Source: Flavobacteriaceae bacterium
GTDB lineage: Bacteria > Bacteroidota > Bacteroidia > Flavobacteriales > Flavobacteriaceae
DNA length: 32,000 nucleotides
Direction: 5' to 3'
Assembly: GCA_965224465.1 (NCBI GenBank)
Contig: OZ245049.1
Location: 4,290,001-4,322,000 of the forward strand
Part shown: positions 16,079-25,382 of the stretch, piece after piece
Numbering within the stretch: the stretch's first letter is position 1
How the letters are laid out: the number at the start of each line of letters is the position of its first letter
Notes under the pieces: model-generated
The model's database searches: none
Told to the model about the DNA's origin: nothing
The model's input: only the letters and a program-made list of their open reading frames with translations
Translations under genes and position numbers: made by a program

Positions 16079-18628
16079 ATGGACAATCAGCTAGTTTTGG
16101 AAAAAGTGTTTACGCGTGAGGAAGTATTAAAAGCATCTTTAAGTTATTTTAAGGACGATGAGTTGGCAGCAACTACTTGGATGAATAAATATGCGATTAA
16201 AAATAGGGAAGGAGCCTTTTTAGAAAGTACTCCAAATGATATGCATGCACGTATGGCAAAAGAATTTGCTAGAATCGAAGCAAATTATGATGCAACCGAA
16301 ACTCCTAATAAAGGATTATCTGACTATGGTAAAAATCGTCAGAAATTAACAGAAGAAGTTATCTTTGATTTATTCAAAGATTTTAAATATGTCATTCCAC
16401 AAGGGAGTGTTATGTCATCCTTAGGTGATAAAAATACGATTGCGTCTTTATCAAACTGTGTGGTGATTCCTCCAGTATTGGATTCTTATGGAGGTATATT
16501 TTATACAGATCAGCAAATGGCACAACTATTTAAGCGTCGTTGTGGTGTGGGGGTAGATTTGTCTAATTTAAGACCTAATGGTGCTGTTGTTTCTAACTCA
16601 GCAGGGACTACTTCGGGAGCAGTTTCTTTTATGAATCGTTTCTCAAATACCACGAGAGAAGTAGCTCAGAATGGACGTAGAGGAGCTTTGATGTTGACCA
16701 TGGATATTGCACATCCAGATATTGAGGAATTTATAAAAATAAAACAAGATTTAACCAAGGTAACAGGCGCTAATATTTCCATTCGTATTTCTGATGAATT
16801 TATGAAGGCGGTAGTGAGCGATACTGATTATACCTTGAGATTCCCTATTGATAGCAAGGATCCAGAGTTTCGAAAAGTAGTGAGAGCTAAAGAATTATGG
16901 GATACTATTATAGAATGCGCACACAATACGGCAGAACCAGGGTTGATTTTTTGGGACCGTCAACATTATTATTCTACCTCATCCTTATATCCTGGATTTA
17001 AAAACGATTCTACCAATCCGTGTTCGGAAATTGCAATGCAAGGTGGAGATAGTTGTCGTTTAATTGCAGTTAACCTATATAGTTTTGTTATTGATCCTTT
17101 TACGGATAAAGCACGGTTTGATTACAAGAAATTATATGAAGTGGTTTATGATACACAGCGTCTAATGGACGATTTAGTAGACCTTGAATTAGAAGCTGTA
17201 GATAAAATATTTAAGAAGATAGATAGTGACCAAGAGCCTACTGATATTAAAAAAATCGAAAATGACACTTGGAAATTACTTGCAGATACAGGGAAGAATG
17301 GACGTAGAACAGGGTTAGGATTTACCGCATTGGCGGATGCAATTGCTGCTTTAGGTAAAAAATTCGACACCGATGAAGCTATTGATGTTGTAGATGAAAT
17401 TATGAAAGCCAAGTTGGCAGGAGAGTTTGATAGTAGTATTGATATGGCTATTGAACGTGGAAAGTTTAAGATATTTGACCCTAAGATTGAGGACCAATCA
17501 GAATTTGTCCAAATGTTAGTTACAGATTTTCCTGAGATCTATAAAAGGATGATGAAGTATGGTCGTAGAAATATATCTATTAGCACCGTTGCTCCAACAG
17601 GATCTTTGAGTATGTTAGCGCAAGTTTCTTCTGGAATAGAACCTGTGTTTTTATTGAGCTACAAAAGACGTAGAAAAGTAAATAAAGACGATGCACATGC
17701 AAAAGTTGCCTATGTTGATGAGTTAGGAGATGCGTTTGAAGAGTTTGATGTATACCATGCAAAATTAAAAACATGGATGGATCAAACGGGAGAAACTGAC
17801 ATAACAAAAAGTCCTTATGAAGGTGCAACTGCTCCTGAAATTGATTGGAAAAAACGCATAAAAATGCAAGCGTTGGTTCAAAAGTATACTACACATTCTA
17901 TCAGCTCAACTATTAATTTGGCGAGTGATGTTACTACAGATTTAGTGAGTGATATTTATATTGAGTCTTGGGAGAAAGGAGTGAAAGGAATTACCGTATA
18001 TCGTGATGGTTCAAGGTCTGGAATTTTAGTTTCCAATGATACAAAGAATGAACAAGAAAACGAAGATTGTTTTGAACAGACTAAATTCCCTAAACGTCCT
18101 AGAAAATTAGAGGCAAAAGTTGTTCGTTTTCAAAACGATTATGAAAAATGGGTAGCTATTGTTGGGGTTTTAGAAGGGCGACCTTATGAAATATTTACAG
18201 GAAAAGTAGACGATTCTTTTGTGCTTCCAACAACGCTGGATAAAGGCTGGATTATTAAAAACAGAGAAGATAGTGGGAAAGCACGTTACGATTTTCAATA
18301 CGAAGTTAAAAACGGATATAAAGTAACCATGGAAGGTTTGTCTCGTTCTTTTGATAAAGAATATTGGAATTATGCAAAATTGATTTCTGGAATTATTCGT
18401 CACGGAATGCCAATGGCATATGTAGTAGATTTAGTTCAAAATCTAAATTTTGATAATGAGAATATCAATACATGGAAAAATGGAGTGGCGCGTACCTTAA
18501 AGCATTTTGTGCCAGACGGGACTGTAGCTGCTGATAAAAAATGTAGTGAATGTGGAGATCCAGATGGGTTGGTTTATGAAGAAGGATGTCTTATTTGTAA
18601 GAGCTGTGGAAGCAGTAAATGTGGATAA
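16079..18628 (+). CDS. nrdJ: Adenosylcobalamin-dependent (class II) ribonucleotide reductase
   Basis: 849 aa with the active-site region STNPCSEI, an RNR barrel motif (GITVYRDGSR) and a C-terminal Cys-rich tail CSECGDPDGLVYEEGCLICKSCGSSKCG, typical of NrdJ. Confidence 0.9.
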   Translation: MDNQLVLEKVFTREEVLKASLSYFKDDELAATTWMNKYAIKNREGAFLESTPNDMHARMAKEFARIEANYDATETPNKGLSDYGKNRQKLTEEVIFDLFKDFKYVIPQGSVMSSLGDKNTIASLSNCVVIPPVLDSYGGIFYTDQQMAQLFKRRCGVGVDLSNLRPNGAVVSNSAGTTSGAVSFMNRFSNTTREVAQNGRRGALMLTMDIAHPDIEEFIKIKQDLTKVTGANISIRISDEFMKAVVSDTDYTLRFPIDSKDPEFRKVVRAKELWDTIIECAHNTAEPGLIFWDRQHYYSTSSLYPGFKNDSTNPCSEIAMQGGDSCRLIAVNLYSFVIDPFTDKARFDYKKLYEVVYDTQRLMDDLVDLELEAVDKIFKKIDSDQEPTDIKKIENDTWKLLADTGKNGRRTGLGFTALADAIAALGKKFDTDEAIDVVDEIMKAKLAGEFDSSIDMAIERGKFKIFDPKIEDQSEFVQMLVTDFPEIYKRMMKYGRRNISISTVAPTGSLSMLAQVSSGIEPVFLLSYKRRRKVNKDDAHAKVAYVDELGDAFEEFDVYHAKLKTWMDQTGETDITKSPYEGATAPEIDWKKRIKMQALVQKYTTHSISSTINLASDVTTDLVSDIYIESWEKGVKGITVYRDGSRSGILVSNDTKNEQENEDCFEQTKFPKRPRKLEAKVVRFQNDYEKWVAIVGVLEGRPYEIFTGKVDDSFVLPTTLDKGWIIKNREDSGKARYDFQYEVKNGYKVTMEGLSRSFDKEYWNYAKLISGIIRHGMPMAYVVDLVQNLNFDNENINTWKNGVARTLKHFVPDGTVAADKKCSECGDPDGLVYEEGCLICKSCGSSKCG

Positions 18629-18650
18629 GACTAAATATATATCTTAGATT

Positions 18651-18688
18651 AAAACTCGTTGCTGTGAAAATAGTAACGAGTTTTTTTT
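18651..18688. terminator. Rho-independent terminator after nrdJ
   Basis: aaaactcgtt ... aacgagtttttttt. The stem ctcgtt/aacgag is extended by A/T pairs and followed by a T-run. Confidence 0.7.
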
Positions 18689-18769
18689 GAATGTATGCCT
18701 ATTTGAATTTATTAAGAGTACTTTAGATTGATAAATAGAGAAATAATACTTATAGGAGTGCTGTTATAC

Positions 18770-18929
18770 CAATTACAATTCGAAATGAAGGATATAAACA
18801 GGTTGTTTTACATTCTAGCGTTGTTGAAAATTAGAACGATAGCTAAGGCTATCCATCCATTTTTCGCCTAGCTAAAACAAAAAAACAATTCTATTCCTAA
18901 ACCGTCACGTGGAAATGTATTTGGAGATT
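18770..18929 (-). repeat. Structured intergenic repeat, copy c
   Basis: caattacaattcgaaatgaaggatataaacaggttgttttacattctagcgttgttg...gatagctaaggctatcc...cgcctagct...aaaccgtcacgtggaaatgtatttgg is the reverse complement of the copy a/e consensus. Confidence 0.8.
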
Positions 18930-19076
18930 GTTTTATTTCCAGTTGCCTTTTTTGTATTGGAAGAAGTAGGCGCTGGATATTATATTCGTAAAATAGCATC
19001 TGTTGGCTAATTATCGGCATGTTTATTCGTTTAAAAGTGAGCAATACAGTATAAATCAAATAAATACCATCAATAA

Positions 19077-19310
19077 ATGTGGATTAAAACTCAAAATAAT
19101 AAAGAATTAATAAATGTGTGCTCTGTCAAAATTATGAAGAGCGGAAAAAAAACATATCTAATGGCTGTTATAAAGAGTGCTGGATTTATGTCGTCTGGGA
19201 ATAAAATAATAGCAAAATATAAAACGATGGCTGAGGCGGAAATAGCATTGGATAAAATTGAATTAAGTATCACTAATAAAGAGGATATACATGTGATGTC
19301 AAAACACTAA
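19077..19310 (+). CDS. Small hypothetical protein (77 aa)
   Basis: ORF with an ATG start. No recognisable domain, so coding status is uncertain. Confidence 0.35.
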   Translation: MWIKTQNNKELINVCSVKIMKSGKKTYLMAVIKSAGFMSSGNKIIAKYKTMAEAEIALDKIELSITNKEDIHVMSKH

Positions 19311-19670
19311 TTGCAATTGAATCCTATAGAAAATTATTTTTTGCGTCAACAGGAACCCTATCAGTCCATGATGCTCTACGTACGTAGCTTGTTGTTAAAA
19401 CCTAGGTTTGAGATTGTAGAAAAACACAAATATGGAATTCCGTTTTATTATGTTAATAACAAGCCTTTGTGTTATCTAAATATTCTAAAAGGGACTAATT
19501 TTGTAGATATTGCTTTTGTAAAAGGAGCCTTGCTACAGGAGCGGTTTCCAATATTAAAGGATTATAAAAACAGAAAATATACGCGCTCGCTTCAGTTGGA
19601 GAACATTGAAGATATGGATGAGATTGAATTTATAGAATTAGTGAAGACAGCTATTGAAATCAGTAATTAG
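19311..19670 (+). CDS. DUF1801-like (YdhG-like) domain protein
   Basis: 119 aa. The pattern KYGIPFYYVNNKPLCYLN......V.IAFVKG..L resembles the DUF1801 family. The annotated start is TTG, so the true start is uncertain. Confidence 0.45.
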   Translation: MQLNPIENYFLRQQEPYQSMMLYVRSLLLKPRFEIVEKHKYGIPFYYVNNKPLCYLNILKGTNFVDIAFVKGALLQERFPILKDYKNRKYTRSLQLENIEDMDEIEFIELVKTAIEISN

Positions 19671-19800
19671 TTTAATTTACATTCTAGCGTTATTGAAAAA
19701 CAGTGCGATAGCTGAGGATAGCCTTAGATTTCTCGCCTAGCTAAAATATAAAATAATTCCATTTATAAACCGTCACTTGGAAATTTAGTTGGTGTTATTA
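19664..19800 (-). repeat. Structured intergenic repeat, copy d (central hairpin loop inverted)
   Basis: tagtttaatttacattctagcgttattg...gcgatagctgaggatagccttag...cgcctagct...aaaccgtcacttggaaatttagttggtgttatta. The core reads ggatagcc where the same-orientation copy c reads ggctatcc. Confidence 0.75.
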
Positions 19801-19831
19801 ATTGGATAAAAAAAGGAAAAATGCCTCAATC

Positions 19832-19863
19832 AAAAAAAAATAGCCCCATAAAATGGAGCTATT
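19832..19863 (-). terminator. Rho-independent terminator after kdsA
   Basis: The minus strand reads atagctccat ttt atggggctat followed by ttttttttt. The stem has one mismatch. Confidence 0.6.
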
Positions 19864-19883
19864 TAGTAATATATATGTTCTAA

Positions 19884-20702
19884 TTAAAACTGATTAATTG
19901 TTTTTCTAATAGCAACTAACTTTGTTAATAAATCTTCTAAATGATCTAAGTTCAGCATGTTTGCCCCGTCAGATTTTGCATTGGCTGGATCTGGATGGGT
20001 TTCAATAAAAATTCCATCTACACCTACTACAATTCCTGCTTTGGCAATTGTTTCTATTAATTCTGGTTTGCCTCCTGTAACACCACTTGCTTGGTTGGGC
20101 TGTTGTAAAGAGTGGGTGATGTCCAGTATCGTTGGTGCGTATTTTTGCATCTCAGGAATTCCTCTGAAATCTACAATCATATCTTGATAACCAAACATAG
20201 TACCACGGTCGGTAATCCATGCTTTTTCACTCCCGCTGTCTTTTACTTTTTGTACAGCATGTTTCATGGCATCAGGACTCATAAATTGTCCTTTTTTTAA
20301 GTTGACAACCTTTCCTGTTTTTGCAGCCGCTACAACTAGACTGGTTTGTCTTACTAGAAAAGCAGGGATTTGTAAGACATCTACATACTTGGCAGCAAGT
20401 GCCGCATCTGAACTTTCATGAATATCAGTGACGGTTGGTACGTTGAATGTTGAACCTACTTTTTTTAATATTTCCAATGCTTTTTTATCACCAATACCAG
20501 AAAAACTATCTATTCTAGAACGGTTCGCTTTTCTGAAACTCCCTTTAAATATAAATGGGATTTCCAATTTGTCGGTTATCTTTTGTATTTTTTCGCAAAT
20601 TTCCATTGCCATTTCTTCGCTTTCTATGGCGCATGGCCCAGCTAGTAAAAAGAAGTTTCCGCTGTCGGTATGTTTTATGTTAGGAATTAGATTTAAATCC
20701 AT
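19884..20702 (-). CDS. kdsA: 3-deoxy-8-phosphooctulonate synthase (KDO-8-P synthase)
   Basis: FFLLAGPCAIESEE, FKGSFRKANRSRIDSFSGIG and the C-terminal HPDPANAKSDG are typical of KdsA. I place the start at the internal ATG (MDLNLIPNIKH, 20702) rather than the ORF-track start at 20756. Confidence 0.9.
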   Translation of the reverse strand: MDLNLIPNIKHTDSGNFFLLAGPCAIESEEMAMEICEKIQKITDKLEIPFIFKGSFRKANRSRIDSFSGIGDKKALEILKKVGSTFNVPTVTDIHESSDAALAAKYVDVLQIPAFLVRQTSLVVAAAKTGKVVNLKKGQFMSPDAMKHAVQKVKDSGSEKAWITDRGTMFGYQDMIVDFRGIPEMQKYAPTILDITHSLQQPNQASGVTGGKPELIETIAKAGIVVGVDGIFIETHPDPANAKSDGANMLNLDHLEDLLTKLVAIRKTINQF

Positions 20703-21147
20703 GTTGATCGTGTTTTTTTTGCAAATGTACTTAAAATCTAAAAGAGTTGCTGTCAATCCTTATATTTACAGAAAAAAAGTATTGCTTGTAATTGTTAAAA
20801 ATACAAATCAGCAATACGGATTCGAATAATTAAATTGTTTAGTGCCATGTGAGAAGTTTTTATGCACGTAAATAGATGTGTTGTTCAAATACGATAAAAG
20901 CAACAATATTATGGCGTGTTACTGCGTGTTGTTTTTGAGATTTATAACAAGTAATACTAGGTGTAATTAGTACAAAGAAGTAAGATTTTAAATCATTTAA
21001 TCCCACTAGTGGGTTTAATTCCCCGATGCTTGCATCGAAATGATTAAGGTTTTTTTCTTTTTCATGCCTCGTGGGCTTGCGCCGAGGTTATTGACTGTAG
21101 GGAGATGGCTGTAAAAACAATTCAATTAACGGAGTTTAAATAAGTAT

Positions 21148-21837
21148 ATGAAGAAGGTTTATTTTTTATCAGGAACTATGAATAATGAGTGTCTTTGGCA
21201 ATGGGTTTTTCCGGAATTGGAGGGTATTGATCCTGTTTATATTGATATTACCACCGCCAAGTCGTTTGAGGAAATAAACGATTTGATAGCGGATGCAATG
21301 GAAAAACCAGGGATTCTGATAGGGTTTTCTTTGGGAGGATTTTCTGCCTTAAATTTCACAGTGAAATCCCCTCATAAAGTGTTAAAATTGATGATGATTT
21401 GTGCTTCGTCAAAGGGCTTGAATGCGGAAGAAATTAGATTGAGAAATAGCACCATTCATTTTTTAGAAAACCATTTTTATAAAGGAATTTCTTCTGCTAG
21501 AATTAGTCAATTTGTGCATTCGGAAGCCTGTAATTATATGGAGATTTCTGAATTAATTCGAAAAATGGATGCAGATTTAGGTAAAGAGACGTTAATTAGG
21601 CAGTTGAAGGCTACTTCTAGAAGAGCCTCTTTAACGGGAGATTTGAAGGATTTGAAAATGCCTGTTTTATTATTGGGAGCAAGTAACGATATGTTGGTGA
21701 CACCTGATAGTATGGAGGATATGTATTTGGAATTAGAAAACGCTACGTTCGAAATTATTTCAGAAACAGGACATATGATTCCCTTGGAACAACCCAAACT
21801 ATTGGCTTCAAAAATTCAGAATTTTGTATTTAAATAA
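21148..21837 (+). CDS. Alpha/beta-fold hydrolase
   Basis: 229 aa with a nucleophile elbow GFSLGG and a C-terminal His region (ETGHMIPLEQP). Confidence 0.75.
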   Translation: MKKVYFLSGTMNNECLWQWVFPELEGIDPVYIDITTAKSFEEINDLIADAMEKPGILIGFSLGGFSALNFTVKSPHKVLKLMMICASSKGLNAEEIRLRNSTIHFLENHFYKGISSARISQFVHSEACNYMEISELIRKMDADLGKETLIRQLKATSRRASLTGDLKDLKMPVLLLGASNDMLVTPDSMEDMYLELENATFEIISETGHMIPLEQPKLLASKIQNFVFK

Positions 21838-21921
21838 TAGTACCAGTAGCTAAAGTTTATTGTTTAAAATAAACGATAATTGTGTCCTTTTTTGTAAATT
21901 TATCCTTTATAAAACGAAAGG

Positions 21922-23274
21922 ATGAACGTACATTTTATAGCTATAGGAGGGAGTGCTATGCACAACTTGGCATTGGCATTGCATAAAAAAGGAGATCGAA
22001 TAACAGGAAGTGATGATGCCATTTTTGAACCTTCAAAATCTAGATTAAAAAATAAAGGCTTGTTGCCACAAGAAATGGGCTGGTTTTCGGATAAAATCAC
22101 CAAAGAGTTGGATGCTGTAATTCTTGGAATGCATGCCAAAGCTGATAATCCTGAATTGTTAAAAGCTCAGGAACTTGGAATTAAAATATACTCATACCCC
22201 GAGTTTTTATATGAACAATCTAAAAATAAAACACGCGTTGTTATAGGTGGTTCTCATGGGAAAACAACCATTACTTCCATGATTTTACATGTGTTGCATT
22301 ATCATGATGTTGAGGTTGATTTTATGGTTGGCGCTCAGTTAGATGGTTTTGAAACGATGGTGAATTTAACAAATACCAACGAGTTTATGGTATTGGAAGG
22401 TGATGAGTACTTGTCTTCTCCAATAGATAGAAGACCTAAATTTCATCTGTACCGTCCCAATATCGCTTTGATTAGTGGGATTGCTTGGGATCATATCAAT
22501 GTGTTTCCGACTTTCGAAAACTACGTAGAACAATTTTCTATTTTTGTTGATTCATTGGCAAATGGTGGAATTATGGTTTATAATGAGGAAGATGAAGAGG
22601 TAAAAAATATCGTAGAAAATAGCAAGCACCATTTTAAACAATATTCCTATAAAACACCTAATTTTAGGATAGAAGACGGAGTTACCTTTGTGGAAACAGC
22701 TATGGGAGATGTTCCTTTAGAGATTTTTGGGAAACACAACTTACAAAATATGGCGGGTGCTCAATGGATTTGCGCACATATGGGACTTGGAGAAGAAGAA
22801 TTTTACGAAGCAATTGTGAGTTTTAAAGGTGCTAATAAAAGGTTGGAAATCATTAAAAAAACAGCTTCTAATATTGCTTTTAAAGATTTTGCCCATTCAC
22901 CTTCTAAGGTAAAGGCAACCATGGATGCCGTTAAAGAACAGTTTGGAAATAAGCATGTATTGGCTTGTTTTGAACTGCATACGTACAGCAGTTTAAATGC
23001 CGATTTTTTAAAAGAATATAAAGGAACACTTGATGCGGCAGATGAAGCAGTGGTTTTTTACTCTCCAAAAGCAGTGGCGATAAAACAATTGGAGGAAGTG
23101 AGTGAAAAGCAGATAAAAGATGCTTTTGGAAGAGAAGATTTGATTGTTTTTACGGATCCATTAAAGTTTCAATCGTTTTTACTTGCTAAAGAATTTAAAA
23201 ATGTTGCATTGTTACTCATGAGTTCTGGGAATTACGGAGGATTAAATTTTGAGGACTTAGAAAAACGGTTATAA
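21922..23274 (+). CDS. mpl: Mur ligase family protein, Mpl-like (UDP-N-acetylmuramate:L-Ala-gamma-D-Glu-meso-DAP ligase)
   Basis: 450 aa. It has the N-terminal HFIAIGGSAMHNLALAL..KG..ITGSD and the P-loop GGSHGKTTITSM of Mur ligases. Size and N-terminus fit Mpl better than MurC. Confidence 0.65.
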   Translation: MNVHFIAIGGSAMHNLALALHKKGDRITGSDDAIFEPSKSRLKNKGLLPQEMGWFSDKITKELDAVILGMHAKADNPELLKAQELGIKIYSYPEFLYEQSKNKTRVVIGGSHGKTTITSMILHVLHYHDVEVDFMVGAQLDGFETMVNLTNTNEFMVLEGDEYLSSPIDRRPKFHLYRPNIALISGIAWDHINVFPTFENYVEQFSIFVDSLANGGIMVYNEEDEEVKNIVENSKHHFKQYSYKTPNFRIEDGVTFVETAMGDVPLEIFGKHNLQNMAGAQWICAHMGLGEEEFYEAIVSFKGANKRLEIIKKTASNIAFKDFAHSPSKVKATMDAVKEQFGNKHVLACFELHTYSSLNADFLKEYKGTLDAADEAVVFYSPKAVAIKQLEEVSEKQIKDAFGREDLIVFTDPLKFQSFLLAKEFKNVALLLMSSGNYGGLNFEDLEKRL

Positions 23275-23284
23275 ATAAGCTATT

Positions 23285-24097
23285 ATGAAGATCAATAGGA
23301 ATACAAAAATTTCAAGCCTAATAAAGGAAAATCCCAAAACAATTGATGCCATCGCATCTATAAATAAACATTTTAAAAAATTACAAAATCCAATCCTTAG
23401 AAAAGTATTGGCAGCAAGAATTACAATTGCAGATGCTGCTAAAGTAGGAGGAGTGTCTGTAGCAGTGTTTTTTGAAAAGCTTAGCGAGCTTGGCTTTGAG
23501 ATTGAACAGGATCAGGTTGATCAAAATAGTGAGGTTAATGTATTGGAAACTACTGGTAATAAGGAAATAACAGATTTGGTAAGTTTGGATGTACGTCCTA
23601 TCTTAGAAGCTGGTACAGATCCTTTTAAAGCAATAATGGGAGCTGTTAAGAAATTAAAAAAGGAAGAAACCTTAGAAATAATCAATAGTTTCGAGCCCAT
23701 TCCATTGATTCATAAATTAAAAGAAAAGGGCTATGACTCTTGGACTAGACGTTCGGAGGAAGGCGTTGTTTTTACGTATTTTAAGCAGTTAACGGAAGAG
23801 AAAGAAAACGTAAAGTCAGCCCCGATACGTCCATCTAAATCAATAGATTTTGATGCTAAATTAGATTCTTTTAAAGAGAATGTGACAAGAATAGATGTGC
23901 GACTAATGGAAATGCCAGAACCTATGACCTCCATATTGGAGGCGTTAGAACAACTGTCAAATACGTCCGTATTATTTGTAGAGCATAAAAAAGTACCTCA
24001 GTTTTTATTACCAGAGTTGGTGAGTAGAGGTTATGAAATTATGTATAGAGAAATAAATGAACATCATTTACAATTGTTAATTTTTAAACAGGTATAA
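23285..24097 (+). CDS. DUF1858 + DUF2249 (two copies) domain protein
   Basis: The N-terminus I..LI...P.....I......KL.NPILRK.LA.R.TI..AAK..GV is DUF1858-like. It is followed by two LDVR....P.P.....L..L......L......P..L DUF2249-like repeats. Confidence 0.6.
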   Translation: MKINRNTKISSLIKENPKTIDAIASINKHFKKLQNPILRKVLAARITIADAAKVGGVSVAVFFEKLSELGFEIEQDQVDQNSEVNVLETTGNKEITDLVSLDVRPILEAGTDPFKAIMGAVKKLKKEETLEIINSFEPIPLIHKLKEKGYDSWTRRSEEGVVFTYFKQLTEEKENVKSAPIRPSKSIDFDAKLDSFKENVTRIDVRLMEMPEPMTSILEALEQLSNTSVLFVEHKKVPQFLLPELVSRGYEIMYREINEHHLQLLIFKQV

Positions 24098-25380
24098 TGC
24101 AAGGATTACAAACCAATAATGCACCACATCCAAGTGTTATTATTCCTCATTTTGTGTTTGCAGCGATTGCTTTTATAGGGGTGGCTGTATTATTGCTGTT
24201 TAGTGAGAATGCTTTGATACAAGTGTATTTTAGCGGAAAACTAATTGCAATTACTCATTTGACCATATTAGGATGGGCAAGTATGATTATTTTTGGGGCT
24301 TTATATCAATTGATACCTGTTGTGTTTGAAACGTCGCTTTACAGTGAGCGCTTGGCAAAAATTACATTTTACAGTTTGGGGATTTCTGTACTGTTTTTAT
24401 GTTATGCTTTTTGGATTAATAGTTTTTTCGTATTGCTTCCTTATGCAGCTTTGGCAACTTTTATATCCTTGTTGCTCTTTGTAATTAATGTGTTTCTTTC
24501 CTATAAGAAATCCCCTGTAAAAAAAATAGAATCTAAATTTATTTTAATGTCTATTGTATGGCTGGCTGTCACGGAATTAATAGGAACCATGATCGCGTTT
24601 AACTTTAAATTTAATTTTTTAAGTGAAATTCATTTACATTATTTAAAAATTCATGCAACGGTGGGATTTGTTGGTTGGTTTTTATTTTTGATTATAGGTG
24701 TTGGTGCTACCTTGTTACCTATGTTCTTTATTTCTCACGAATTGAATAGAAACTGGTTGCGAAAATCTTTTATATTTTTGAATATGTCGATGTTGTTTCT
24801 GTTAGTTAATGGTTTTTTTGTACATAAAAATATTTTTGAAATAGTCGCCTTTAGTTCTTCGATCATAGGGATTGTCTATTTTCTGAGATATATATATCAA
24901 TCCTATAAAAAAAGATTGCGTAAAAAACTGGATGTAGGAATGCGCTATTCTGCTTTGGCGATGGCATTAATGGTGTTGCCAATAGTTGTATTTATGGTTG
25001 TTTTAAAAGCAGTTTCTATAGAAGATGTTTTTGTAAATAGAGCAGTTATATTATACGGGTTTTCTGTGCTGTTCGGAGTTGTGACTACGTTAATTTTAGG
25101 TCAGACATACAAGACCTTGCCATTTATTGTTTGGTTGTATAATTATCAGCACTTAGTAGGAAAGATAAAAACTCCTTTGCCGAGAGAATTGTATTCAGAA
25201 AAAATAGCAAAGATTCAATTTTATATTCATTTTATGTGTTTGGCGGTCATGAGTATTGGGATTGTTACTCAGCAGATTTTAATTATTAAAGTAGGAAGTT
25301 ATTTACTATTGGTAGTAGGGATATTATATACCATTAATGTGATGAAAATAATAGTACATTCATCTAAAAAAGCAGCTTAA
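24097..25380 (+). CDS. Polytopic membrane protein (>=10 TM), possibly a distant heme-copper-oxidase-subunit-I-like protein
   Basis: 427 aa. The start overlaps the upstream stop (TAATG). Helix motifs H...LGW......GALYQLIPV and HATVGFVGW....IGV..TLLPMF recur and resemble oxidase subunit I helices. The assignment is tentative. Confidence 0.4.
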   Translation: MQGLQTNNAPHPSVIIPHFVFAAIAFIGVAVLLLFSENALIQVYFSGKLIAITHLTILGWASMIIFGALYQLIPVVFETSLYSERLAKITFYSLGISVLFLCYAFWINSFFVLLPYAALATFISLLLFVINVFLSYKKSPVKKIESKFILMSIVWLAVTELIGTMIAFNFKFNFLSEIHLHYLKIHATVGFVGWFLFLIIGVGATLLPMFFISHELNRNWLRKSFIFLNMSMLFLLVNGFFVHKNIFEIVAFSSSIIGIVYFLRYIYQSYKKRLRKKLDVGMRYSALAMALMVLPIVVFMVVLKAVSIEDVFVNRAVILYGFSVLFGVVTTLILGQTYKTLPFIVWLYNYQHLVGKIKTPLPRELYSEKIAKIQFYIHFMCLAVMSIGIVTQQILIIKVGSYLLLVVGILYTINVMKIIVHSSKKAA

Positions 25381-25382
25381 TT

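Noticed and set aside
18868-19059. ORFs 18868-19059(-) and 26351-26581(+)
   Set aside because: Both run through copies of the intergenic repeat, so their openness is explained by the repeat sequence. There is no independent coding evidence.
20703-20756. 18-codon N-terminal extension of kdsA in the ORF track (MTATLLDFKYICKKNTIN)
   Set aside because: KdsA homology begins at the internal Met (MDLNLIPNIKH...). The extension is probably untranslated upstream sequence.
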